NCBI RefSeq assembly: GCF_001447785.1
Contig: NW_015169777.1
Coordinates: forward strand, 186,001-250,000
DNA: 64,000 bases
DNA from: Gekko japonicus
Taxonomy: Eukaryota
Direction: 5' to 3'
This document shows positions 27,459 through 40,896 of the stretch, piece after piece. The translations under genes and the position numbers were made by a program. The number at the start of each line of letters is the position of its first letter. The first letter of the stretch is position 1. The notes beneath the pieces were generated by a model, which had not been told where the DNA came from, ran no database searches, and saw only the letters and a program-made list of their open reading frames with translations.

Positions 27459-27902
27459 TGGTGTTCCCAGTAGTAATGTATGGCTGCAAGAGTTGGACTG
27501 TAAGGAAGGCCAAGTGCCAAGGAATAGATGCTTTTGGATTATGGTGCTGGAGAAGACTCTTGTCTTGAGAGGCCTTTGGACTGCAAGGAGATCAAATCAG
27601 TCAATCCTAAAGGAAATCAACCCTGACTGTTCCCTGGAAGGCCAGATACCGAAGCTGAAGCTCAAATACTTTGGCCACCAAATGAGAAGGAAGCACTCAC
27701 TGGAGAAGACCCTGATGCTGGGAAAGATTGAAGGTAGAAGAAGAAGGGGACAGCAAAGGATGAGATGGTTAGACAGTGTTATTGATGCAACAAACATGAA
27801 ATTAACTCCGGAGGACAACAGAAGACTGGAGGGCCTGGCGTGATGTGGTCCATGGGGTCGCAAAGAGTCAAGACTCGACTGTGCGACTGAACAACAACAA
27901 CT
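27459..27902 (+). mobile_element. RTE/BovB-like LINE 3' fragment
   Basis: WTARRSNQSILKEINPDCSLEGQIPKLKLKYFGH...LMLGKIEGRRRRGQQRMRWLD; (CAA)n tail. Confidence 0.88.
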
Positions 27903-28034
27903 CATTCATGCCTTTTGAGGCATTCTCCCTGGAGGAATGTTACCAAAAGACAGAGATCATGTCTGAAAGAGAAAAGGAAGTGGGCTTCCCCTACACCATG
28001 CGAGAAGGTGAAGAAAAATCACTCAAGAGAAAAA

Positions 28035-28118
28035 TCACTCATGGATAATATTAGGCACAAAGTTAGGCTGTACCACCGCAGCAAGTTCCTTGGCATACAT
28101 CTCGTACCTCCCAGTCAT
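28035..28118 (-). CDS. UPB1: Beta-ureidopropionase, exon 10 (last)
   Basis: MTGRYEMYAKELAAVVQPNFVPNIIHE*; total CDS 1152 nt = 383 aa. Confidence 0.96.
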   Translation of the reverse strand: MTGRYEMYAKELAAVVQPNFVPNIIHE

Positions 28119-29299
28119 CTGGAAAGAGGAAAAAGAACTTCAGTGCTCTTCCATCACTTATATCACTGTAAAAATTCAAACATACCAGTCCTAACCTGCT
28201 TCTCACTGCCATCTTCATGGAGATATGCTAGACGATCTGCACACAGGCAAGAAAGTCGTCCTTCCCAGAGATGGAAAACATTTGGCTATTGATTCCAGCA
28301 GCCTTTTGCAAGAGAGGAGATACTTTTCTCACTGTTGCCACAGCAGCCATTTAGGTCTGATGGAAACAACCCTCTGGAGTTGGCAGAAGGGCTCCCTTTT
28401 AGCAGCAGTGTGGGGTCCATTTCATGGGTGTGGGTGTGAGAGGTGGGTGTGGGGAAAGCCTTTCTGGTGAAAAAGAGTTGGGGTTAAACACTGCTAGTGA
28501 GAGCAGTGAGGACATGGTGAACCGGCCAGGCTTTGAGTGGCATGAGAGGAGGGATCACAGTTCCCTTGGCACATCTGCTGTGTTTGTTTTTAATCTCCTC
28601 TCTCTGGTTTTGCCACTGCATATTGCCTCTATTAAGGGCATCACGCCTCTCCCTCATCTCATCGTCTTGTCACATAACAGAGAGAGATCTGGCTACAGGT
28701 AAAGGCCAAAAATTAAATGCCTTTGGGTTTTCTCCTCTTCTGGGTCTCCCACAAGCCAAGCACCCTCTATTTATCATGTCCGAATGCCATCAAGTCTACA
28801 GCTGTAACTGCTACTGCCAAATGCCACAGGAAAATAACATGGAGGCTTTAACCCTGTATAAGGGAGCTGACCTACCTTGTTTTACTGAAGCCCAGCTGAA
28901 CAGGGCAAGTAGTGTGGACCATCTCAAATGTTGCCCTCAGAATACATATGCTTGATGGTCTAGGAAGTGGAGAGGCCATGGTCTACAGGAATCACACCTC
29001 CAGATCCTCTGCTTGCCTTAGTGCTAGTTGGTGGGGAGTTCTCTAGACCAGGATGGTGCCTTTCAGCCTGTTCTGGTGGGAGCTGCATCCTCATAAAGGA
29101 TTATGTTCAAAGCGTGGGGGTGGGGTGCCTTGTTTTTGGATGTCCTCTGTAACTCAAAATATCTTTTAGCAGTTTTTCTGGTATGCCATCTACACCACTA
29201 CTTGGAAAGAAATGACCTTGCTATCATGTCGACACTTGGGTCATGTCAGACTACTGTAATGTATTCTACGTGGGGCCGTCTTTGAAAGTCTCTCAGAAA

Positions 29300-29830
29300 C
29301 CTCAACTGGTTTAAAATGCTGCAACAGTTTTGTTAACAGGAACGTGACGTATCAGCCCAGTGCTGCAACTATCGACACAGGGCTCCAGTTTATTTCTGGG
29401 CAGAATTCAAAGTGCTGGTTTTAACCTAATAGATCTCCTAAATGGTCTCGATCCAGCATCTCTGAAAACATGTGCTCTCATCCCAAACTGCCTGTGCACT
29501 GAGGTCTGTCTCAAAAGCTCTGGGTTCTCCTACTACTTGAAATGAGTTGGTTGGTGTCTCCGGATGCATACGGCCTTATGAACTGAGATACCACACCCTG
29601 AAATATTCTCCCCATGAGATCCATCTGGCATCTTCACTTACTGGCATCAGTTATTTGGTCTGTTGCTCAATTCCTTGGTTTTTGTGTGAGACTTTGATCC
29701 ACTGGATTCACTTACTGCTGATTATGCTGATGCCATTTATTGTAATTTTAGCTTTCACTATGTACTGTTTTCATGTGTTTTTAACTGCTGCCAGATATTT
29801 TGGAAAAAACTGTCATTTGGAAAAAAGCAT
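29300..29830 (+). mobile_element. Degenerate L2-like LINE fragment
   Basis: cagaattcaaagtgctggttttaacc-type ORF2 remnant followed by an AT-rich tail; boundaries approximate. Confidence 0.45.
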
Positions 29831-30570
29831 ATATTTTTTTTAAAAAATAATTTCGTAGCTCCCCCCCCCCCTTTCAGTCATAAAAGCTGGCTTTTATATA
29901 GTTTCCATCCTTGGTTATTTGAAGAGTCTGAACATTTAAAGATTTCCAATTCTACAAAGAGTAACCCGGACAGGTAAGTCTGCTCTTAAAGTAGCTTTAA
30001 ATTGGCATAGCTCAGCTGAAGCAATCTATCATGCCTCCCTCATGTGCATGCACCCGCCTCTTTCCCGGTTCCACACTTTGCCCTCAGTGATAATGGATAC
30101 CAACAATGAAAACCAGAATCATTCTAGAACTTGTAGAAGGCAGCAAGAGAAAGAAACTTATGGCTTCTTGTGCACATCTTACTAGTGTATGTGACTGTTA
30201 GACAATTTAATCCTGTCACTTTAAACATATTTGTATTGTTTAATATGTAGCATGAAATCTATCTCTTTGGCAGCACCAAGGCTGTGGAATGCCCTTCCAA
30301 CAGAGGTTTGTAGGACTCCCTCACTGCCCGAATGCAGGAGGCAGGTGAATTCCATTTTCTTTCATTAAAGTTTTGGGCTTATTTAAGACTGCAGATTATT
30401 GAAATTGTATCATGGACTATGGCAATCATACTGAATTTGATGGATTTTTTTGGAAGCTGGTGTTATGGAATATTTCATCCGTTTGTTGAAAGCTGCCTTG
30501 AGAACTCAGTCAGTCAAACGTTTGTAGGAAAGAAAGAAATCTGAGCAAATTTGCACAGACAAAGCCTTAC

Positions 30571-30725
30571 CTTAAAATTCCATTTGTCACCAACTTGCCT
30601 GCAAATATTTAGGTCCATCTCAGCCACCAAAAGGCCATCCTGGGTGCGGGAGAGTTCAGGGGTTCGGCTCCCATCTGGGGAAGCCACGTAGCTTGAGCCA
30701 TAAAAATGACCCAAATCATGATGAG
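30571..30725 (-). CDS. UPB1: UPB1 exon 9
   Basis: (A)[51 protein letters not shown], 155 nt. Confidence 0.96.
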
Positions 30726-30843
30726 CTTCAGAAACAGCAACAAAATAAAAAAGCCATAGCAAGTTAATTACATAATTTAACATGCTGCTTGGAGGCTCTT
30801 CTTAAAGGAATTTCAAGGCACATTTTTTAATTGGTAAGGGGTT

Positions 30844-30877
<34 letters not shown>

Positions 30878-31849
30878 AATAGTCTCCCTGCCCATGCTCA
30901 TCTGCCTAAATTAAAGCTTTCTAGGCGGCAGCAGCGTAACTACTTGTAACACATGGTTCTGCTATCTGGTAACTTATGTGGTTACATAATGAGCAGGTGG
31001 AATTGCCTTTGCAGGAGACAGTTCTAGGCGGGAGGAGCCCAATGATAGGCCAATGGAGGGGGCCTTCCAGTCGCACCTCTCCCCCAGGTGCAGACAGGTG
31101 GATTAACAGATTAATGGTTTTTGTTCCTTTTTCATTTTTAGTTCTGGTTTTATTGTTCTTTATGTCTCAATTGCTTTTTAATTTTTCATTTAATTTCTAA
31201 CATGCCTGACTGAAGGACAGGTTTGGAATTCTTAAAGTAACTAAATGTAGACACAGGTTAATGCAGACTATGGCTTGAGGGTGGGAAACACCCTTTTTAA
31301 AATTGCAAATATTATTTACAGCATCGATGAGCCTTGCTACATGGTACAGAGCTGAGCTGCAAGCACAGTCTCATGGTTCTATGATTTCTTTTCATGAAAA
31401 AAGTGTCATGGAAAATTTCTAGAACCAACGTATCTTTTCAGTGTGTTCCCCTAGCAGGTAAAACAGAAACTTTTGTTGAATTTTCTTTGTAGAGGAAAGG
31501 ACAAGAGTACGGCTTAAACTTATTTTTTTGTTCAGATCATGGCCACAGTTCAAAGAGCTGCTCTGATTCACACAAGACACTCTGCTAGATGAGATGGATT
31601 CCTTTGAACAGCCAATGCATAAACAGCTTTTGAAACACTCCTTGGCATTTTGCCACACAATATCAAGAGGTTAGTGAGGTTTCTGTTCAAGTGAAACAAA
31701 TCTATCCAAGAGTCCTTTTGCACTGATATGGGGCTGCTTTTCTACAAGCAGCTGGATTCAGAACTACAGCGGATAATCAGAGAACCAGTATGGAGTAGTA
31801 GCAAGGGTCCACCTGGGAGAGCCAGCCATGACCCTCAATAGGTGACCTT

Positions 31850-32048
31850 CAATGCTCCCTCCAAGCTGTGGAAGTCTTGTGAGCAAAGAATTCTGCTTTG
31901 TGAGCTACTTTTGTGAGCGAGCAATTTGGCTGCTGCATAAATTAATTTGCTCTGGAGCCACCCTTCCTGAGCTAAGACAAAAATCTGTGAGCTGGAGGCT
32001 AAAAAACTGTGAGCTAGCTCACACTAACTCAGCTTAGAGGGAACACTG
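31850..32048. mobile_element. hAT MITE (copy 1 of a pair)
   Basis: CAATGCTCCCTC...GAGGGAACACTG; perfect TSD GTGACCTT; sister copy at 57939-58144. Confidence 0.88.
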
Positions 32049-32334
32049 GTGACCTTAAAAGTTAAGCACTTTCTGTCCCAAGAATAAAAACAGGAGAAGG
32101 GGGGTGGGGGAGAACATGTACATTGCCCCGAGCCTCTTGGAGGAATGGCAGGATAAAAATGTAAGGTAGGTAGACAAGCACCCCCACCACCCGCCTCACA
32201 GCCACCTTCAGTGGCCATCACTGATGTGAGACTGAAGGCAAGCAGCAGAGAACAAAGAGCTGTTGATTCAGACTGTTATGTCCGCGGACCGCCACTAGGC
32301 GCCAGTGGTATGCAACCCGAGCTTTGATTCAGAC

Positions 32335-32590
32335 TGTTATGTCCGCGGACCGCCACTAGGCGCCAGTGGTATGCAACCCGAGCTTGGCTCCGTAAGAACA
32401 ATAGGGACTAGGATCCTGAGCCTATCGGAACTGTGGCGGGAAGTTCAAACCTTCCAATGGGACTGGTGGGTTTGCCTCTGGGACTGTATATAGTGCCGGT
32501 ATTGTTGTTGCTGTGTTGTGTACCAGTAAACTATGAGCTGTTAATCACTGAGCGTCTGTCTTCTCTATGCGTGGAACCCAGTACGCAACA
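32335..32590 (+). mobile_element. Solo LTR (Gypsy-type family shared with 44825-45095)
   Basis: TGTT...AACA ends, 5-bp TSD CAGAC (32330-32334, 32591-32595), CCAAT, TATATA and AGTAAA inside; 5' junction duplicated at 32263-32323. Confidence 0.85.
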
Positions 32591-32635
32591 CAGACTCCCA
32601 CAGGAAAGAAAGAAAAAGGTGACTGCAGAACGTAC

Positions 32636-32678
32636 CCTCCCCTCCATCTCCTGATGTGAAGGGATTTGGATAAAGTTC
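32636..32678 (-). CDS. UPB1: UPB1 exon 8
   Basis: ELYPNPFTSGDGGE+G, 43 nt, GT-AG. Confidence 0.93.
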
Positions 32679-33936
32679 CTGCAATAAAACAAACAGAAGA
32701 TGGCACTCTTGCTTCGTTCTGCCTCTCTCACAGCAATACAACACTCACATCCTTCACAAAACTAGATTAACAATGTTGTCTTTGTTATCTGACAGTCTTT
32801 GTAAATCTAATAAGATTCGTCTGGCTTTTGAATAAAGCATTGCCTTCTCCCTTTGGAGTGGCCTGTCTGCACATCCAGTCTACCAATTTGCTTAATGTTC
32901 ATGAAACGCAAAACCCTCTCTGGGATGTGTGCCCCCTGGTTCACGCAAAACAGGCAAGGTGGAATCTTTTACTGCACTGCCTTCTGCTGGTGGCACAGAG
33001 AAACATTCACTAGCCACTTGCCACTCAGTGATGAGGACTGAATGGGAAGGGGAGGTTGGGAAGAGACATCGCAGCCACACCACAGCATGGGCACAACAGT
33101 TCATATTCTCACAGGTACAGTCTATTTGGTGGCGATACAGCCAAAGGCCCAAAAAGGGAAGGGTTGAAGAATATGTTGTAGGGGAAGATACGGTTACTGG
33201 CAACCTCTACCTCCCCCCAGGACACACTTGGTTGTGCACACACCTCTCTTACACCCAGCTGCCCCAAACTTTCTCTGTCCAGAGGACACGCATGACAGTT
33301 TCCTATGCCATAGCATCCTGGTACTTGCCAGAAATGAGAGGCACAGAGGTGAGGGTGCTAATGGAAGCAAACTGGAGATGGAATGCTGCTTACAGACCAT
33401 TCTAAAAGGCAGACTGCTGATTAGAGAAGCACATTTCCCCCATACATCTATGATTAGGTATTTTAATGCTACTACATCATTCTGTTATGTACTATATTTT
33501 GAAACGAGCATCATTCCAAGTTACAACACATGAATGGAGCCAGCTGTGTGGGGGCAGGAGAACTGTACAAAATGACTTCTCATGGACCTGCTAACCCCCT
33601 ATATTCACAGGAGGGCCAATGCACATACAAAGGAAGAGGGCTCAAGCGCGCTTCATTCATATCATGCACCCCTCAAGTATCCTTTCACAAGGTGCACGTC
33701 TGGCTGCTGCTGTCCCCATGACCTGGAATGCTACTCGTATGCACAAACAGGTATGAGAAGAGGCAGAGTCAGCATGTATAGCCTTGTTTCCTCTCTATAT
33801 GACCTGGCCCATCCATGTATGTGTTACTCTTACTGTATCTGTGTGTGGACCCTAACAGCAGTGAGCCATGGGAAGCAAGCCCCTTTTGCCCATTGTATAA
33901 AGTAGTTCTGCTCCCAAGTTATAAATCTGAAAACTA

Positions 33937-34131
<195 letters not shown>

Positions 34132-36228
34132 TCACAGAGGTTTTACACATGACAATGTTTTCAGTGGTTTTCCCACTGCTACCACTGATTCAATGCAGTG
34201 GCAACAGGACTTCCATGCTGTGGGTTTCCCTATTCCCTGCCCCAGTCCCACCAGTGACCATTCCGTCTCCCACTGTCACATGGCACTGTTTCCCCCACTG
34301 GTAATAAACGTTTCATTGATATGCCACTTAGCATTTTTTTTAAAATGAACCCTCCTCCCACCCCGGCAGGACTAAGGCAAAGAAAATGGCACCAGTGTGG
34401 ACAGGACCAAGAAAGATTCAGACTTGCCTCTCCAAATGACATTCACCCAGGGTTTGCTCTGAATGCTCCAAAGAGATAATGGTGAAGAAGATTTCAGAAA
34501 GACCATAGCAAAGGCTGGAAACATCCAGAAGGTGAATGCAATCCCCATGATACCATGAGGAAGCGGGGGGGGGGGGGGCTTCCAACAGCATCCTAGCCAA
34601 AGCAAAACAACCTGTGTGGAAAACCCTATAGTCTCAACATGTAACCCAAAAGGGTTCTAGGGAGGGTTTCTCAGCTCCAGGAGCAAACAGACAGCTGCTT
34701 TCAGGGGCTGCTTCACAGCTCTGGCACTCTCCATGCCTGGATCATGAAGACCAGCATAAAATATATTATTGCCTGAGACAGAAAATCCTAATGGTACAAT
34801 CTCCCTCCCACAACATGAAACACAATCCACCGGAAGGTTTTCTTGCACCAGTCTCATTGCAATGAATTGGAACTGTTCTTTCTTTAGGGGGAATTTTTTT
34901 TTGGGGGGGGGGCACATAAAACAACTAGATGCAACACCTAGTTTGGCCCTGGCAATGAACTAAGGACTAGGCGCCAAAACTAAATCTTCAAATTAAGTCA
35001 AACGAGTGTGAAAAGCAGTGGTACAGAAGCGCTTCACTGTACTCTATAGAGGGTGGTAAGAAATCTCTTCCCACTTTTCAAATTAGTCCCAATTTAAATG
35101 TACGACTTTGCAGGCAGACAGCATCTTGTTTAAAGTGGGCTGCTGCCCATGCAAGATACACATACCGTGTCGCAGCCCAGTTTAAATTAGATGCTGTACA
35201 AGTGCAAAGTCCTATGGGTGAATGCTTTTGCTTCACTAGTATCACATTTAAATCACGGCTGATGCCCTTGCCAAGTTAATAAAGCAATCAAGGGGCGAGA
35301 GCACCAATCATCCTGCCGCAATAAAACCACTCAGAGAAGCCAGGAAAAAAACACCTCAAATTGACATACAATTACACATCCGTTTCCTTTCTAAGGGGCA
35401 TTGAAGCAATCCAACATTTTAAACAGTAGGCACAATCCAGCCAAAGTTCAGCTCCATCCCACATATGACCTTTAAGACATTTCATGAAATATGGTAGGAG
35501 AAAGGCAAGCAAAACCTGGCTTTGACCAGACAATGAAAATGGCACATCAAATTCCTTTCACTGTCAGTCAAACACAAATACAGTGTTGCTTCTCTTAAAG
35601 GAAGTTTCTGTAAAACCTCCAAATAAATTTGTTTTATATCCTCAATGTGATAAAATTAAAGCAAAATACAAATAAGACAAATAAAAGTATGGGCCAGCAA
35701 TTGAAGAATAATCAACAGAAACCAAGAATAAATATGGTATTAACAGTAATGAACATGAAATTTCACAAAGACTGTTTGTATTCTGGCCATTGTTAAGATA
35801 GCAGCCGTTTTGAGTGTTTACCACAAAATTTCACTGTGTTTTTAAAAACAGTTTCCAATTACACAACCTCTCAACAGCCAAGGGAGAAACTAGTCCTATA
35901 CACATATAGTTACAGAACAGCTAAACAAATAAGGCATAATGTCCTCAACCTCTGCATTACAGCAGACACAATATCATAAATCATAAGGACTATTCTGATC
36001 TCACCCTTCAAGCACCACAGAGGGAAATATGATTAAATCTGTAAAAGCCTCTCCGTGTTGGGATATTTGCTTGCCTTCTTTGCTCAGGATGCTGCTGTTG
36101 GTACTGAACAATCCAACCCGTCCCTTGGGCTAGCAGAAGCAGGGCCAGTTCTGCGGATCCAGAAATGTATTTATTGTATACATTTACTCATTGTTCCTCA
36201 ACTAAAAGTAGTCTTCAGAGCAACTTGA

Positions 36229-36460
36229 GAGAGCCAGCGTCAGAACAGAATCTGGAAGAACCAGGTGCAAGTCTGCATTTGGCCATGGAAGCCTGCTGGG
36301 TGACCTTTGCCCAGTCACATGCTCACTGTCTAACTCACAGTCTAACCTACCTCACGAGGTTGTTGTGAGGATAAAATGGAAGAGGGGAGAATTACATAAG
36401 CCACCTTGAGTCCCCACTGCAGAGAAAGTTGGGGTATAAATGAAGTAAATAAATAAAGTT
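36229..36460 (+). mobile_element. Older CORE-type SINE
   Basis: gagagccagc head, ctaacctacctcacgaggttgttgtgaggataaaa core, (TAAA)n tail. Confidence 0.6.
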
Positions 36461-36876
36461 GCAAAATAGCAGAATGTACGAAACTAACTAAGCTCACTAC
36501 TCCTCCTGGCTCTGGTAGAAAGGGTGACTGGAACATGCACCTTCTTCCCAAAGATGATAGACAGAATAGAGAATTCCAGCCCGGGTTGGCTTTCCTCTCC
36601 TGATTTTGCAGTGAAGCACTCCTGGTATATAATATACTCAGCCTCCAGAATTTGCTTTTCCTTATTACAGGATTTGATTTTTTTAGCACCTTGGGCTGAT
36701 GCAGGAGAAAAAAAATCTTAACACTCTTATGAAACAGAACGGCAGAAGCCATAGGGCAGCATGAGCCAAACTGAACACAATTTCATGGAAACCAGAGTAC
36801 ACTTCTGCAAGCGAAAGATTTGCTGACAACACAGGATAGCATCTCTTGCAGGGAGCACACTAGATTCTAAATGTAC

Positions 36877-37046
36877 CTGAGTTTCCCAATCGTTGCAGAA
36901 GGATTAAAGATGATCTCTGCTCCATTCAAACTGTACATGAGCCAGTTGAGGGGATGATGGCGCCCAAAGCAAATATTCACAGCAATCTTCCCAAACTGAG
37001 TCTGAAACACTGGATGTCCTCTGTCCCCTTCCATGTAGTAGGTTGA
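36877..37046 (-). CDS. UPB1: UPB1 exon 6 (catalytic Cys)
   Basis: [56 protein letters not shown], 170 nt. Confidence 0.97.
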
Positions 37047-38659
37047 CTGCAAGACACACACTAGGATGCCTTAAAGGACAGAAAGACACTTCACCAGAAA
37101 ACACTCACAATACAATACAATTCTGTCCCAAAAGCTTCCTTCTTGATGTAAGCCTCTAGGCTAGTGAGCCAGTCTAGGTAATGGGGCAAAGGGGCAGACC
37201 TATTCCTTCGTTCACTTCCTCAGCTGGCACAATTGCAACCCTGAGGTGCCCTCCTGACCCTTCTCAGAAGCATTTGTTTAACGTAAACATATTTTAGCAT
37301 AATGTCTTCTGAGAGCAAAATATGAGCCTCCTTGATATGGAATGGGGGAGGGGGGCAGGAAGGGAGAAAATACTTGCAGCTCTGCTTTATATTCATTATC
37401 AGTTTAATAGAAGAGATCAAAGAAACCAGCCATGGTCCCTTCTCAGCAGAGTACTAAACAGCAGCATCTGCAGGGATGGAAATTTGCAGACAGATGCGTA
37501 ACCACCTTATACCAGGGCACAGACTGTTGTTCCTTGGCTCTTCCCCATTAGGTAACAGTTGAAAAATCCAGACCAACACAAACTGTACAGGACAAGGAGA
37601 AACAGCACCGCTAGGTTGCCCTGAGCCACAAATGTTCCTGATTTTCCAGGCCCAGCACACATTGATTGCACAGCAGTGCAGCGGGGGGTGCAGACAAAGC
37701 CTGTGCTGCTAATCATCACTTCTTACTATTGAAGAGCAATTAAAACTCTTCCAAAATAAATCAGAAAGAAGCCCTGCCTTTTCTGTTGAAACAAAGCCAC
37801 CCTTATGTTGCTGTGGAGGGTCAATAAAAAACCCACTCTCTTTGTGATTTTTTTAGTATTTTGTTTCATGACTATAAGGAGAGGAAATGTCTGCTTTGTG
37901 GTGGGAAGGAGACTGACAACATATCAGTTCTTTCTCTCCACTTCCACACTGAAAGTCCAAATCATCTCCACAGTAACTAATACTGATGTCTCGAAGGGGA
38001 CTGACTTTATGAACATGCCCTCCCACAGAGCTAAAAAGGTCAATGACTCCCCTTCCCCTTTACCTTTGGGAAGAGGGCTGACAGCTAACTTTTACTTTTG
38101 TCTCCCACTCTCAATCTGCAAACAGCCTAGTGTCTTTAAAATGACAATATTTTTCCTAGTCTGTATGGTATACTATAAGAGAAGCAGAAGGTCTGGAGAA
38201 CCTACCCTCTGTAGCCACTTTAAGACTTCTATTTCTCCGAGACCACCATGCCCCACCAGCTGCCATTTTCTCCAGGGGAATTAATTGTAGTCTGGAGATG
38301 AGTTGTAATTCTGCGAGAACTCCAGCCTTAGAAACATGGCAGTTGGCTGTTCTCTGGCAGCTTAAAGCCAGTTAAGGAAATTTATGGTAGCTACACTAGT
38401 ACATTTTCTTATGTGAAATCACAACTGCACTGTGCCATTATATGTTTATTTTTATTTATGCATTCATTTTATTGGTCTTGTATCCCGCCCTCCCTGCAAG
38501 CAGGCTCAGGGCAGGTTCCATCAGTCTCAATATATAATACAATTTAAAATAACATAGATCATAAAGTGCCATGTATAATTTAACCAGATGTCTCAGCAGT
38601 TTAGATGGTTCCTGTTTAGAAGAACACCCACAATCTAGTTGCCCATGAAAACTGGGGAA

Positions 38660-39082
38660 TGTGTGTGTGCGTGTGTGTTAAGTGTCATCAAATCGCTTCC
38701 AAGTTATGGCAACCCTTTCAATTAATGACCTCCAAAATATCCTATCATTAACAGACTTGCTCAGGTCTGACAGAGGGTCACAGCTTCCTTGATTGAGTCA
38801 ATCCATCTCATATTGGGTCTTCTTCTTTTCCTGCTACCTTCAACCTTTCCTAGCGTTAGTGTCTTTTCCAGTGATTCTTATCTTCTTAAAATGTGACCAA
38901 AGTAGAATAACTTTGGTTTGGTTGTTTTGGCTTCTGTGGAGAGTTTAAGCCTAATTTGATCTAGAACCCTCCATGATACCTGTAAAACTCTCCTCCAACA
39001 CCAAATTTCAAATGAATCAACTTTCTTTCTATCAGCCTTCTTCATTTTCCACCTTTCACACCAATACATAGTAATGGGGAAT
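38660..39082 (-). mobile_element. RTE-clade LINE 3' fragment
   Basis: MYWCERWKMKKADRKKVDSFEIWCWRRVLQVSW...YFGHILRR; (CA)n tail. Confidence 0.8.
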
Positions 39083-39599
39083 TTATAGAGGGAAATAACT
39101 AATGGTCTTGAATACCTTAAAGACTAACTGATTTATAGTGGCATAAACTTTCAAGTGCCAGAGCCCACTTTGTCAGATGTATAAAAACACAAATGGGTAA
39201 GAAAACTACAAAAATACGGCATGCTATAGCATGACGATATTGTGAGTAAGGATGATGGCAGCAAAGGACAGCACTTCTCCCCTACCCTCGTTTCTGCACA
39301 AAGCCATCCAACAGAACTTTACTGAATTGCCCAGGGCTTTTTGACCTCAAACCCCCAATGATTAATGTATGGCTGACTAGGTTGCTCCCTGTGATTTGTC
39401 TGCAAGGGATTATACAAATAAAATTACACAAATAAAATTATTCATAATAGAAACAGAGTCTGAAAGTAGCTACAAAGGGTATCAAATTCAATCAATCAAT
39501 AGTTTATTAGGATCAAGGGTCAGCAGAAGCTACAAAGGGTAGATAATCTAGGATTTCTGCTTCTCCTATGATATACCATAGAGACTATGAGATTGTCAT

Positions 39600-39790
39600 T
39601 GGGGGAGGAGCTGTGGCTCAGTGGTAGAGCATCTGCTTTGCATGCATTAGGTCTCAGGTTCAATCCCCAGCATCTCCAGCTAAAAGAAGAGGTAGGAGAT
39701 GATGTGGACGACCTCTGCCTGAGGCTTTCAAGAGCCACTGCCAGTCTATCTTCAACACACCTATGATCTAAGTATAAGGCATTCATGCAT
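39600..39790 (+). mobile_element. tRNA-derived SINE
   Basis: gctgtggctcagtggtagagc (A box) ... ggttcaatccc (B box) plus a body shared with the 51248 copy. Confidence 0.8.
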
Positions 39791-40296
39791 CATCTGTAAA
39801 GATTCCATGAGTTTCACAGATCAATCTCAGAATGCTATCAGAGCAATCTTTTAGCAGCTGCTTGAATGAACTGCAATTGTTGTAGCCTGAGGATGTGGCC
39901 AAGTTGCTTGGAGAGGCAAGGCTTACCTCCTCTACGTTCAGCCCATGCCTTTTTAGAATTATTAGATGATGCTGAGGGGTACTAACTGGGAGGCAGTGAA
40001 CTTTTCTTAGAGGGAGAGATGGTTTCAGCCACCTTGAAGGGAACAGTTGTAAGTCCCCCAAAACTCTTCCCTGGCTGTTTTAGTGAAGGTTTTAGTGATC
40101 GTATTGGCTCTTCTTTTTATGCTGCAGTTTCCTGTGTTTATGATATTTTACTTGCTGTTATTGCATCATTTGAGTATTGAGTACTGAGCTGCCTTAAGAA
40201 CTATTTGATTAGGAGACCAGGACAAAAATGTTTTAGATGAAGTAGAAAATGCTAAGTAGTGCTGACCAATGGGTTCAACAAAAAGCTACCACTAAC

Positions 40297-40458
40297 CTCA
40301 TTAAAGTCTCCAATCCGTGGGATGTGATTCTTCCTGCTTTTTCCAAGGACAGCACCAGAGTTTGAAATCACCACTGCAGTATTCCACAGAGTTCCTCCAT
40401 GAATATCATCTCTTTCCAGGATTGGAGACACCACAACCATATTATGTTTCTTGGCTAG
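40297..40458 (-). CDS. UPB1: UPB1 exon 5 (catalytic Lys)
   Basis: [54 protein letters not shown], 162 nt. Confidence 0.97.
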
Positions 40459-40896
40459 CTGCAGATACCAATTTTATAAGAACATAAGAAGAGCCCTGCT
40501 TGATCAGACCAATAGTACCTCTAGTTCAGGATCCTGTCTCACACAGTGACCAACCAGTTCCTCTGGACAGCCAACAACAGGGCACAGAGGCAGAGGCCTT
40601 CCCCTGATGTTGCCTCCTGGCTCTGGGATTCAGAGGATTAGTGCCTCTGAATGTGGAGGCTCCCCTCAGTCACCATGGCTAGTAGCCATTGATAGACTTA
40701 TCTTCCATGAATCTATCAAATCCCCTTTAAAGCTGTTTATTCCTGTGGCCATCATTACATCCTCTGGCAGCAAATTCCACATTTTAATCAGTCTTTGTGT
40801 AAGGTAGTATTTCCTTTTGTCTGCCCTGAACCTACTGTCCATCGGTAGGAAAGTGCAAGAGTCCAGTAGCACCTTAAAGACTAACAAAATTTCAAA

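Noticed and set aside
32263-32384. Direct repeats as a CRISPR-like array (also 22397 and 41816)
   Set aside because: Two-copy tandem duplications in eukaryotic introns with no spacer series and no cas genes
39600-39680. tRNA gene-like sequence (also 51248 and 7322)
   Set aside because: A/B boxes continue into shared SINE bodies; no complete cloverleaf
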